Virus record (IMG/VR): IMGVR_UViG_3300025018_000280
Location: 1-39,291 of that record
Length of the DNA stretch: 39,291 nucleotides
From: a virus
Taxonomy: Duplodnaviria; Caudoviricetes
Direction: 5' to 3' (one strand)
Shown here: one piece after another, positions 1 through 8,397 of the stretch
How positions within the stretch are numbered: the first letter of the stretch is position 1
How the letters are laid out: each line of letters begins with the position of its first letter
Program-made: the position numbers and the translations under genes
The notes under the pieces: generated by a model
Told to the model about the DNA's origin: nothing
What the model saw: only the letters and a program-made list of their open reading frames with translations
Databases searched by the model: none

Positions 1-32
1 AAGGGTATTATTAGTCCTATTGTCATTGCCAT
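1..32 (-). CDS. Small hydrophobic peptide, 5' part only (copy A; MAMTIGLIIP...), runs off the window
   Basis: ATG at 32; same peptide start as 37632..37718 with synonymous differences (ATA/ATC, CCC/CCA). Confidence 0.6.
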   Translation of the reverse strand, partial: MAMTIGLIIP

Positions 33-42
33 ATAATTTAAT

Positions 43-79
43 CTCATTCCTGCCCACAAATTATTATGGGCAGAGTGAG
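43..79 (-). promoter_or_regulatory. Intergenic RNA hairpin after fibre gene A
   Basis: Minus strand CTGCCCATAA-TAAT-TTGTGGGCAG extended by CTCAC/ATGAG; no U-tract. Confidence 0.6.
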
Positions 80-80
80 G

Positions 81-1871
81 TTATTTATTTATCATAATAC
101 TTGTGCTTGATACTGCTCTTCCAACAGAATAGCTGTTTGTTCCAGCAGAAGTAGAAATACCACCAATTGTATTAGATAAGAAATATTCATAAGCTGGAGT
201 TAGGCTTAAATTAGAATTTGTAAATACTCCATCTATAGCAACATATCCACTTTCATCAGCTGAATAATCTTCTTTGGCAAAACCCATAAACATATTAGTA
301 GTAGTAGCATAACTAGCATCGGTTCTGTAAAGTTTATCGTCTATATCTATCCACTTGTGATATGTTAGTTTTGGTGCTCTTCCACTGGCGTTTTCCGATG
401 TTTCTATTGTTGCTGTTTGGGTGTTAGAACCATTACTTTGTATTGAAAAAACCAAACTATTGGTTGAAGAAGCGATACAACCATTTAAAGTATCTGAGGG
501 AAAATCAAACTCTAACCAACCAACCGCTGGTTCTATACCTCCAATTGCCCCTCTTCCGTTGTTTGGTCTATTATTCCAAGTTAAAGTATCTTCATCAAAA
601 GTATTTGGATTATAACAAGTTGCAGATAAATCTTGAATAGTTCCGCTACTAGCTGATATATAAACACTAACAATTACATCTTGCAAAAACACAGCATCAG
701 ACATAATAGGTGTATCTATCTGAAAGTAAAACTTATTATTTGCGTCATCACCGACATATCCAATAACAGCTGTTGTTTCACTACCATAGTTAGTATCTGG
801 ATTATCATCATCAACTTTTGCATCATTAGTAGAACTAATCTCGGTTGTGCTTTCAGTTGATGTAGCAAATCCTACCGCATCACCACTTGAAACAGCTTCA
901 CCAAAAGTAAAGTATTTATAATCAACCCCATCGTCTATATTTAATGCAGATAAACTACCAGTTATTGTTGTATCGCCACTTACAGTCAAATTATCACTAA
1001 AAGTAAAATCTCCACCCTTAGTTGTCGTCGCATTATATCTATCACTCCAGAAAGTATCTATTCCTTTATTAGTTGTGGTAGATAGGGCAAAGTAGCCATC
1101 AGAGTTTATGTTAAACCACCAGTTATCAGTTGAAGTAGCAATATCCAAAGTTTCTGGTGAAGTGCCATTGGCTCTTAGAGTATTGCCATCACCGATGTTT
1201 AGAGAGGTAAAGCCTCCTGCTCCGACATTATCTACATAGTATTTAGTAGTCACTGTATTTAAGCCCATATTACTGATAGAAGTAGAAGAAGCATATTGTA
1301 AGCTATTTGGCAAAGTATATTCACCAGTTAGTATTTTTCTCATAACACCGAGTATTGGGAAGTCAGTTATCTTAACACTTGCCCCTCGTCTGTGGCTGTC
1401 TTTTAGCGAGGCGACTTCGGTTTGTCCGTCAACAGGATCAATACCCCTTAAACAAGAAGTTAGAGCTGTGCCTGAAGCCGAACAGATAACAAACTCCTCG
1501 TTAGCCGAACCCTCGTCAATAATAAAGCCATAAGTGCCTGATAGACTATCACCGTTGGCTAGGGTTGCCGATACCAAAGTCATAGATGTTGCATCAGAGG
1601 CAATACTGTTTTGAAGTGAAGTTTCAAACAGAGCCGAGATGTCTGGGATAACCACGCCCAAAAGTGAGCCACTACGAAGACAATCTTCTAGGGCTATGTT
1701 CTGCTCGTATGTGCCTGTATAATCGCTTATACCGCAGTTTTCAGCCACTAGAACCCTATCTGACACGCTAGGTAGTTCTTGTCCTTGCTCTTGATAGTAG
1801 TCCCATAGACTTGCTTGTGCTATTCCCACTGTTAGGAGTAAAGCACCAAGTGAAATTAAGATTTTTCTCAT
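81..1871 (-). CDS. Tail fibre / receptor-binding protein, variant A (signal peptide, DUF3597-like motif, fibre anchor, DNRLRE/CBM96-like domain)
   Basis: Directly after nozzle gene; MRKILISLGALLLTVGIAQA leader; GISDYTGTYEQNIAL motif; FETSLQNSIASDATSMTL anchor-like segment; DAKVDDDNPDTNYG...FDEDTLTWNNRP...PKL. Confidence 0.7.
   Translation of the reverse strand: MRKILISLGALLLTVGIAQASLWDYYQEQGQELPSVSDRVLVAENCGISDYTGTYEQNIALEDCLRSGSLLGVVIPDISALFETSLQNSIASDATSMTLVSATLANGDSLSGTYGFIIDEGSANEEFVICSASGTALTSCLRGIDPVDGQTEVASLKDSHRRGASVKITDFPILGVMRKILTGEYTLPNSLQYASSTSISNMGLNTVTTKYYVDNVGAGGFTSLNIGDGNTLRANGTSPETLDIATSTDNWWFNINSDGYFALSTTTNKGIDTFWSDRYNATTTKGGDFTFSDNLTVSGDTTITGSLSALNIDDGVDYKYFTFGEAVSSGDAVGFATSTESTTEISSTNDAKVDDDNPDTNYGSETTAVIGYVGDDANNKFYFQIDTPIMSDAVFLQDVIVSVYISASSGTIQDLSATCYNPNTFDEDTLTWNNRPNNGRGAIGGIEPAVGWLEFDFPSDTLNGCIASSTNSLVFSIQSNGSNTQTATIETSENASGRAPKLTYHKWIDIDDKLYRTDASYATTTNMFMGFAKEDYSADESGYVAIDGVFTNSNLSLTPAYEYFLSNTIGGISTSAGTNSYSVGRAVSSTSIMINK
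1046..1126. repeat. Internal conserved block shared with 38417..38497
   Basis: Encodes NWWFNIxxDGYFALSTTTNKGIDTFW in both copies; 25 nt identical run tccagaaagtatctattcctttatt. Confidence 0.9.
1321..1845. repeat. Imperfect direct repeat of 38767..39291
   Basis: Colinear at offset 37446 with many mostly synonymous substitutions. Confidence 0.95.
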
Positions 1872-1885
1872 ATTGTTATTATTAT

Positions 1886-3733
1886 TTATGTATATTTTTT
1901 TGGGAGCTTCTGTTGTTTTTTCCTGATGTCGTGAAAAGTTATTTCACTAACATCAAACCACCCCAAACCTTGGGGTATTATTTTAATTTTAATAGTCTTA
2001 AACTTATCGCTGTTTAATTTAATTAGTTTCCAATAGTTATAAGCCGAAATAGTAGAACCTCCACCGATTTCTTTCTTGCCCAATACTGTTGCTCCAATAG
2101 CGATTGATTGTCCGCCATCAACATAAGAACCAGCCCCGTCTATTGTGTCTATTTCAACAAAAGCACCCTTATCGTATGAAGCATAAACCTTAGCCGATTG
2201 CTCTTTTTGTATTCTTCCGTTTATCCATATCTGTTTTACTTTCTTTAAGTTTTCAATTTCTAGGTTAAGTTCAGCAGTGGTCATTTCAGCATCAATTTCG
2301 TTTTCTAAGTCATCATATCCGCTAAACAATTCATATACATTATTAGAGATAGAGTCCCCTGCCATTAAAGCCCCGTTATAAATAGCAAAGCAAGATACAA
2401 AGTAATCTAAAACAGTCCAAGAGTCCCATTTAGTATCATAAACTAAAACTCTGTTATTATAAGTGCTATCAGATGTCCGACAAGCACACAAGACATAGTC
2501 CTGCCATTTAATCATAGAGGCATCGTCAAATTCATATCCCGATAAGTCTAACTGCGGTGATTTTTCTATTGGCACAACAAGGGTTGAGTTTGTTTGAAAA
2601 GTTAGTATTCTTATTTTTGGCTCACTAGCATCGCTATCGTCTATAAAGAAAATACCGTCGCCTGTATCAACACAAGCCCGCCAATTAGGAATACCCATCA
2701 ATTCTCTGTAAATCTTATTACTAGCCCCAGTATCATCATCAGTTAAGTCTAAAACCCATATTTTATTTTCGTGTAAACAGTATTGTCTATCGGCATAACT
2801 CATTACTGATAAAGCCCGACCAGAGCCATCACCTTGCTTGAAGAAATCACCCTCACCTGCCAATCGTGTAGCCGAGAAAGTAAAGTCGCCTAGTCCATTA
2901 TTAGTCGGGTCAAACCACGAGTAGTCAGCAGTTACGGTAGTAGCAGAAGCATTAAATGTTATTGAATAAGCCCCAGTAGAATAATTGATAGTGCCAGTGC
3001 CTCCTGCCGAACCTGTTAAAGTTCCGTCATTGTTATCAGTAAAGGTTTCTACCCCGTCAGTAAATGAAACAGAAAAACAACTTCTTTTACCACCTCCAGC
3101 TTTGAAAGCCAGAGTGCCAGACCTAGTCGCACCACTACCAGATATTGCTTCATCATCAACATCAGTCTTATTGTCAAACATTGTGTCAATATAGGATAGA
3201 TAAATAACCGAGTTGGCTTCATTTCTATTCCACAAGAACATTCTATTTTCTTTGATAGTGATATACCCTTTATAGTTTTTAGTAGCATCATAGATGTCTA
3301 TAATACTGCCCGGATTAGCGGTAATAATTTGCCATAGTCCGCTATTAGGCGAAGAAATAAATAACTGATTACCATTTAAGAAAGAATAAGAAGCCATAGA
3401 AATATCCTCACCGTCTGCCCCTACTGGGAGTGTATCAGTTCCTATCTCTATCCAATCTTCGGTTACAGTGTCATAATATTTAATTTTACGAGCATAGGTT
3501 GAAAATAAAATATCAGTATCATCAGCTTTTTTAGCCGAGTGTAGTCCTGTAATTCTGCCATTACCTGCGTTTTCTGTGCCTATAACTTTCATACCCCTGC
3601 GTAATTCCATTCTGTCGCCACCAACTATAAAGTTCTTAACAGAGGACAGAGCTTGTGGGGAAATAGAAAAAGCCTCTAATCTTGTAATTAGTCCTTTATC
3701 CCAGTTTTTAATTAAGTATTTTAATTTAGGCAT
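1886..3733 (-). CDS. Podovirus tail nozzle / packaged-DNA stabilisation protein (P22 gp10 / T7 gp12-like)
   Basis: 615 aa beta-rich; N-terminal NWDKGL...VKNF...ELRRG pattern; NNRVLVYDTKWDSW; follows adaptor. Confidence 0.75.
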   Translation of the reverse strand: MPKLKYLIKNWDKGLITRLEAFSISPQALSSVKNFIVGGDRMELRRGMKVIGTENAGNGRITGLHSAKKADDTDILFSTYARKIKYYDTVTEDWIEIGTDTLPVGADGEDISMASYSFLNGNQLFISSPNSGLWQIITANPGSIIDIYDATKNYKGYITIKENRMFLWNRNEANSVIYLSYIDTMFDNKTDVDDEAISGSGATRSGTLAFKAGGGKRSCFSVSFTDGVETFTDNNDGTLTGSAGGTGTINYSTGAYSITFNASATTVTADYSWFDPTNNGLGDFTFSATRLAGEGDFFKQGDGSGRALSVMSYADRQYCLHENKIWVLDLTDDDTGASNKIYRELMGIPNWRACVDTGDGIFFIDDSDASEPKIRILTFQTNSTLVVPIEKSPQLDLSGYEFDDASMIKWQDYVLCACRTSDSTYNNRVLVYDTKWDSWTVLDYFVSCFAIYNGALMAGDSISNNVYELFSGYDDLENEIDAEMTTAELNLEIENLKKVKQIWINGRIQKEQSAKVYASYDKGAFVEIDTIDGAGSYVDGGQSIAIGATVLGKKEIGGGSTISAYNYWKLIKLNSDKFKTIKIKIIPQGLGWFDVSEITFHDIRKKQQKLPKKYT

Positions 3734-4352
3734 TGTCGTTTACATTTAAGGTATCAGATATGTTTGGCATATAACGATAATCATAATCGGTTATACCATT
3801 CATATTTTTAGCTTTAATTTCGGCATCCCAGCCAAGCATTAACTTTTTCAATTCTTCTCTTTGTTGTAAGTGAATACCCGACATTCGGAAGTTTAGATCG
3901 TCACCATCAACTCCTGCTTGATAGATATAAGCCATTTCATAAGCCAGTAAAGAGTGAAAACGAATTGGAAATACTGGGCTAGTAATAGAAGTTATATCAT
4001 CAGTTTGGTATTTATAAGTCATTATAGGAGTTACTGAATAACTGCCGATAGCATTGATCGTTGAGTTAGCATAGTCAATATAATAGCCGTCATCATACAC
4101 CTCATAGTCTTCAAAAGGTCTAAGTGGAACAGGACTTTGGTTTGATATTATTTTAATTACTTCTCTAAAATCATCTGGTAAAGCAGAAGTAGCTAAACTG
4201 ATTTTCTTTTTTAAATATTCCCAGTCGGTTAATTCTTCTAACTTATCTTTGGCAATATTCATAAGTTGATAAGCAAAAGTATCATCAAGAGGACTATCGC
4301 CATCTTCACCGATAATTTGAGCAAATAAAGTTGTTATTTCTTCTCCTGTCAT
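3726..4352 (-). CDS. Head-tail adaptor (gatekeeper) protein
   Basis: LMNIA...WEYLKK, ALPDDFREV, PVFPIRFHSLLAY motifs; immediately upstream of nozzle. Confidence 0.7.
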   Translation of the reverse strand: MTGEEITTLFAQIIGEDGDSPLDDTFAYQLMNIAKDKLEELTDWEYLKKKISLATSALPDDFREVIKIISNQSPVPLRPFEDYEVYDDGYYIDYANSTINAIGSYSVTPIMTYKYQTDDITSITSPVFPIRFHSLLAYEMAYIYQAGVDGDDLNFRMSGIHLQQREELKKLMLGWDAEIKAKNMNGITDYDYRYMPNISDTLNVNDNA

Positions 4353-4372
4353 AATTTTTTATTTTAATTATC

Positions 4373-4455
4373 TAACCGCAGTGCCTAAGCCGTATAAATA
4401 CCTGCTTAGCTAGGATTAGCCAGTATATCTCTCACGAGATATAACACTGCCGTTA
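4373..4455 (-). ncRNA. Candidate four-way-junction structured RNA
   Basis: Closing stem TAACGGCAGTG/CACTGCGGTTA enclosing TATATCTC-GTGA-GAGATATA, GCTA-ATCC-TAGC and TAAGC...GCTTA. Confidence 0.55.
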
Positions 4456-4482
4456 ATTAACTACTATTGTCCCAGCTCCAAT

Positions 4483-4686
4483 TTATTTAAAAATAGAACC
4501 TACTTTTTCCTCAATTAAATACTTCTTGTTTATAATCTTAGTGATTTCACCTGAAACCAAACCGATTATAACAACCAAAGGTTCACTAACTCCAAGACCT
4601 GTTAGGTTTTCTACTGTGTAATTTATAGCGGTAACGACAACCATTGCCCCCAATCGCCATAAAAAGCTTTTTACTTGTTTGTTCAT
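4483..4686 (-). CDS. Putative holin (two hydrophobic segments)
   Basis: 67 aa, KSFLWRLGAMVVV...LVVIIGLVSGEITK, basic C-terminus; next to peptidase. Confidence 0.6.
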   Translation of the reverse strand: MNKQVKSFLWRLGAMVVVTAINYTVENLTGLGVSEPLVVIIGLVSGEITKIINKKYLIEEKVGSIFK

Positions 4687-4690
4687 ATAT

Positions 4691-5704
4691 TTATTTAGTT
4701 ATTTCTACTATACCGTCAATGTTTTCATCAACAGCACTCCAATCGGGATTATCTGGATATTCACCAGCTATGCTAAGACCAAAGTTAGCCGCCATAGACA
4801 TAAAGGCATTTGGGCTATTAGCTGGTAAGAAAAATCCATAAGCCTTGGAGTTTTTTTGTTTTACGATTTTTGCATTTGATTTCATAAGTATTATATCTTT
4901 AGGAATTAGAAGTGGTTTATAAACATAAGGAATAATATAGTTAAGTGGTAGCTTTCTATCATAAGGTGGATAGCTATCTTTAACTTTATTGTATGAGTCT
5001 GTTTGACCAGTTATACAAAATGCGTGATTAGCCTCCATTGAACAAACTGGAATAATATCTTGACCAAACCAACCTGGGCAAGTTCCAGCTGCCGCATAAA
5101 GTGGTGCTTGTTTTAAATGCTCTTTAATTACATTATGCCTAACAGTCTGCCCCCAGAACCATTGAACTGGTAATCTTTCGTATTGAAAATCAAAGTAGTT
5201 TAAAAATTCAAGTGCCTTAGATTTTGATTTAGCAGTGGAGTTGCTATGATATTTAGACCAAGATATATTTGATGTTGGTCTTGGGTTATAATTCTCTGGT
5301 GCTACACCATATTTTCTAACAGCCTCTAATACATTTTGCATTGAGTTTCCATTTGGTGTATTGCCAGATACTTCTGCTAGCTCTCTTTCACTTCCATTAA
5401 ACTTGCCATTAGTAAGCCAGTCTGCAATCATATTTTTGTCTATAATACTCTCGCTAATAAAAAAGTTTACTTGCTTTCCGATACATTCCATTAAGCCCTC
5501 TGCTGTGCAATCCATCCAGTCAACTGAAAAAGGTTTTTGTGTTTCATCTTCTTGGGAGTATTTACTCCAATCACCAGACTCGTTTACAACCTTGTAATCT
5601 ATGCCTGATATATTCTTTCCCTTTTTACCAGCTATCCAAATATCATCTCGTTCTGGTATATCCAGACGAAGCCCTGTATTTATAATTGGTATTGCTTTTT
5701 TCAT
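4691..5704 (-). CDS. Papain-like (C1-type) cysteine peptidase, putative endolysin
   Basis: ETQ...MDCT (Gln/Cys), ANHAF (His), KVKDSY; GNSMQNVLEAVRKYGVAPE resembles C1 pattern; flanked by holin-like genes. Confidence 0.7.
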   Translation of the reverse strand: MKKAIPIINTGLRLDIPERDDIWIAGKKGKNISGIDYKVVNESGDWSKYSQEDETQKPFSVDWMDCTAEGLMECIGKQVNFFISESIIDKNMIADWLTNGKFNGSERELAEVSGNTPNGNSMQNVLEAVRKYGVAPENYNPRPTSNISWSKYHSNSTAKSKSKALEFLNYFDFQYERLPVQWFWGQTVRHNVIKEHLKQAPLYAAAGTCPGWFGQDIIPVCSMEANHAFCITGQTDSYNKVKDSYPPYDRKLPLNYIIPYVYKPLLIPKDIILMKSNAKIVKQKNSKAYGFFLPANSPNAFMSMAANFGLSIAGEYPDNPDWSAVDENIDGIVEITK

Positions 5705-5732
5705 ATATAAATTTACTATTTAGTAAAATTGG

Positions 5733-5760
5733 TGGCAGTTCGTTTTGCTGTGAACTGCCA
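5733..5760 (-). promoter_or_regulatory. Intergenic hairpin upstream of peptidase
   Basis: TGGCAGTTC-10 nt-GAACTGCCA perfect 9-bp inverted repeat. Confidence 0.55.
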
Positions 5761-5767
5761 AGCCAGC

Positions 5768-5929
5768 TTATTTACCTCTACGCATTATCCTGCGTCTTTC
5801 AAAATTCTTTACTTGAATTTTGAATTTGAGATATTTGAGCGTTTGCTCATTCAGCGGTGAACATTCTTCGCATAAGAATATCCCATTGCCCACATTCAAC
5901 ATCTTTGCTTTGCATTTCTTGCATCTCAT
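5768..5929 (-). CDS. Small Zn-ribbon protein
   Basis: MRCKKC...CEEC; start moved to ATG 5929. Confidence 0.55.
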   Translation of the reverse strand: MRCKKCKAKMLNVGNGIFLCEECSPLNEQTLKYLKFKIQVKNFERRRIMRRGK

Positions 5930-6050
5930 TTTTATTCTCCCTAAAGTCGAAATACATTTGTTGTGAATAGTTATACCCACAATTTACACAATAGGTTTCA
6001 TCGTATCTGTTCTTCTCAAGGCTTCCAATCATTACACATACATTACACAT
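5847..6050 (-). CDS. Small Zn-ribbon protein
   Basis: MCNVC...YCVNCG; preceded by TAAGGAG Shine-Dalgarno. Confidence 0.55.
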   Translation of the reverse strand: MCNVCVMIGSLEKNRYDETYCVNCGYNYSQQMYFDFRENKNEMQEMQSKDVECGQWDILMRRMFTAE

Positions 6051-6061
6051 TTTGTATCTCC

Positions 6062-6175
6062 TTATACTTGTCTGTCTTTTGGTGTTGCTTTCATTATTCT
6101 TTCTCTATATGTTTTTCTTTTTCTAACCAATTTATGTGTTCCTTTCCCCTTTTTAACTATTTTGTATCTAGCCAT
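6062..6175 (-). CDS. 37-aa highly basic peptide (not in ORF track)
   Basis: MARYKIVKKGKGTHKLVRKRKTYRERIMKATPKDRQV; fills the gap between neighbours. Confidence 0.5.
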   Translation of the reverse strand: MARYKIVKKGKGTHKLVRKRKTYRERIMKATPKDRQV

Positions 6176-6179
6176 ATTT

Positions 6180-6524
6180 TTACTTTATGTTTAATTCTAA
6201 TTCTCCATTATCAATCCTTGTTTGAATATCGTTAGAGGCTTTTTGAATAATAGAGTTTTTTATTTCTTCAATTTGAGTATCTGTTAGTGCTTGAACTTCT
6301 TCACCATAACCTATAAATTGTAAGAATTTTGGTAAACTTGTTACCCCTATAATAAATGAAAGAACCATAATACCACCAGCAATCATCAACTTCCATTGTT
6401 CAACTTTTTTTAATCTGCCGTTATGCTCTATTAAGGTATTAAGCATTGATTTATGACAAGCAGAATTTTCTGTTCTTAATGAGTCAATTTTTAACCCAAG
6501 TTCTCTGTTTGTATATTCCTCCAT
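6180..6524 (-). CDS. XhlA/holin-like membrane protein
   Basis: Coiled region, HNGRLKKVEQWK, then one TM helix. Confidence 0.55.
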   Translation of the reverse strand: MEEYTNRELGLKIDSLRTENSACHKSMLNTLIEHNGRLKKVEQWKLMIAGGIMVLSFIIGVTSLPKFLQFIGYGEEVQALTDTQIEEIKNSIIQKASNDIQTRIDNGELELNIK

Positions 6525-6526
6525 AA

Positions 6527-6790
6527 TTATTTAATTATTAGTATATTACTTTTTATTTGCATCTCTCCGTCTTTTATATGTAAGTCGCCGTTTGGGTCTG
6601 TATCTTCTACAACCTCCTCATAATAAATATAAACAACAGTTGGAAAACCGCCATTCCACCAATAATCAACATAATTGGAATTGTCATCTACAACAACAGG
6701 AGCACCTTTTTTCCAATCAAAAGTTTCGGCATATACACTAACACCAAATAAGGCAGATAATATTATTGCGATGACTATTAGTTTTTTCAT
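6527..6790 (-). CDS. Small secreted protein
   Basis: MKKLIVIAIILSALFGVSVYA signal peptide. Confidence 0.7.
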   Translation of the reverse strand: MKKLIVIAIILSALFGVSVYAETFDWKKGAPVVVDDNSNYVDYWWNGGFPTVVYIYYEEVVEDTDPNGDLHIKDGEMQIKSNILIIK

Positions 6791-6791
6791 A

Positions 6792-8396
6792 TTAAGGTGT
6801 TGAAATTACTGGCTTTATATCCATATAAAATACATTGTCTTTTCCGCTTTCAACTGGCTTAGCGTAATAGCCTCTAAGATACATTACACCTGATTGAGCT
6901 GGCTCACACTGGACCGATAAAGACTGCCAGCCTGCCGTGCCTATAAAGTCTATTACTCCCGTTGATTTTTCAATTCTTCTATCAGCTCCGCTTGAAGCAC
7001 CATAATATTCACACTCAATATAAAGCTCATCCGCTGTTGGGTTAGCAGTAAATACTCCTGTTGAAGTAGCGTAAAAATACATATCATACTGCTTGTTGCT
7101 AGTATCAGCATAAATAGGATATTCAAAGAGCTTGATATAGGAAAAAGGGAAGTATCTAGTTGAAACGCCATTTGCAGTCGTTCCAACAGGCGGTATAACT
7201 TTTTGAGAGCTTGAACCTCCGCCGTCTCTTAAAACAGAATAATCACTAACAGTAGTTGTCGCTTTTGTATCAGACTCTATAATAGACGAGCTACGAGAAT
7301 TAAGACCAACTATTCCGAAGTCATCTTCTAAATAAACACTAGTATAAGCTGATCTATAAAGATTTTGATAGGCATTAACTCTTTTTACATTTTGGAAGTA
7401 ATAGCCTTCGCCTGCGTAGTTAGTGGTAACACCTATATCGTAATTACAATTAATAATTTCTCCATTTTTAGCAGTTATCAAACCAAAAGTATCAATAACA
7501 TTTCTAAAAGCATATCTGGAAACAGATAGATATGTTCCACAATCAAAATAAAAAGTATCTAGGTTTAATGATGTTGACTCATAAAACACAAATGTTGCCC
7601 CAGAAACTCTAAGATTATAAACATAAGTTGAATTATCAGCTTCATTAAAAGAAAGAGAGGGATTAGCAACAACGGAGTGCTCAATTATCATATTTCTTAT
7701 AACTGTTCCCTTACTCCTATTTAATCTAATTGCTCCTAATGGGTCTATACTACCTATTTTAAAACCTTGTAATATCCAATAAGAGTCTTGAATCATAGCC
7801 CACTGATAACTAGCGGTTAAAATATTATAAGTAGGGCTATATGGCATTATTCTTAAATCTTTACCACTACCAGCATTATTGCCTTTGTATGGCATATAAA
7901 GATTAATTTCATTTGTTGTTACTGACTCTACTTCATAATAATATTTACATTCATTTGCTTGGGTGGTATCTGGGTTTTCAAAGCAATCACCATAGACATA
8001 AATCCAATCACCAGCGACAATATCAGTAGTAGAAGCAGAAGAAGCTATTACTTTTGAACCAACAACAGGCGTATAAGTTTGAGTTGATGTAGCAAAATCA
8101 CCCCAAATATTATCAAAATCTGCTGTTATTGTTATTGGGTTATTTAAAATACCATCAGAGGTAAAGTTTAAATCAGCATTTCTCGATTCAATTCCGCCTC
8201 TCCTTACAAATCCAGTATCACCAACACTTCTAGTTTGTTCAGTAAACTTTTCAAAAGTTTTCCAAGCAGTTGATGTAGAAAGTCCGTCATTAGTGTCAAG
8301 ACCATCAGTTAAGTCAATATAAAACACTGTAGCATTAGCACTACTACAGATTGCTAGAGAACAAAATAAAATTAAAGATATTATTAGTTTTTTCAT
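6792..8396 (-). CDS. Secreted beta-helix (tailspike/pectin-lyase-like) protein
   Basis: Signal peptide ending SANA; TVFYIDLTDGLDTNDGLSTSTAWKT N-terminal motif typical of beta-helix proteins. Confidence 0.65.
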   Translation of the reverse strand: MKKLIISLILFCSLAICSSANATVFYIDLTDGLDTNDGLSTSTAWKTFEKFTEQTRSVGDTGFVRRGGIESRNADLNFTSDGILNNPITITADFDNIWGDFATSTQTYTPVVGSKVIASSASTTDIVAGDWIYVYGDCFENPDTTQANECKYYYEVESVTTNEINLYMPYKGNNAGSGKDLRIMPYSPTYNILTASYQWAMIQDSYWILQGFKIGSIDPLGAIRLNRSKGTVIRNMIIEHSVVANPSLSFNEADNSTYVYNLRVSGATFVFYESTSLNLDTFYFDCGTYLSVSRYAFRNVIDTFGLITAKNGEIINCNYDIGVTTNYAGEGYYFQNVKRVNAYQNLYRSAYTSVYLEDDFGIVGLNSRSSSIIESDTKATTTVSDYSVLRDGGGSSSQKVIPPVGTTANGVSTRYFPFSYIKLFEYPIYADTSNKQYDMYFYATSTGVFTANPTADELYIECEYYGASSGADRRIEKSTGVIDFIGTAGWQSLSVQCEPAQSGVMYLRGYYAKPVESGKDNVFYMDIKPVISTP

Positions 8397-8397
8397 A

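Noticed and set aside
1321-1845. Diversity-generating retroelement TR/VR pair with 38767..39291
   Set aside because: No reverse transcriptase; differences are mostly synonymous, not adenine-specific, and lie at the N-terminus
4373-4455. tRNA gene
   Set aside because: Cloverleaf-like but lacks a TTCRA T-loop, 7-nt anticodon loop and canonical arm lengths
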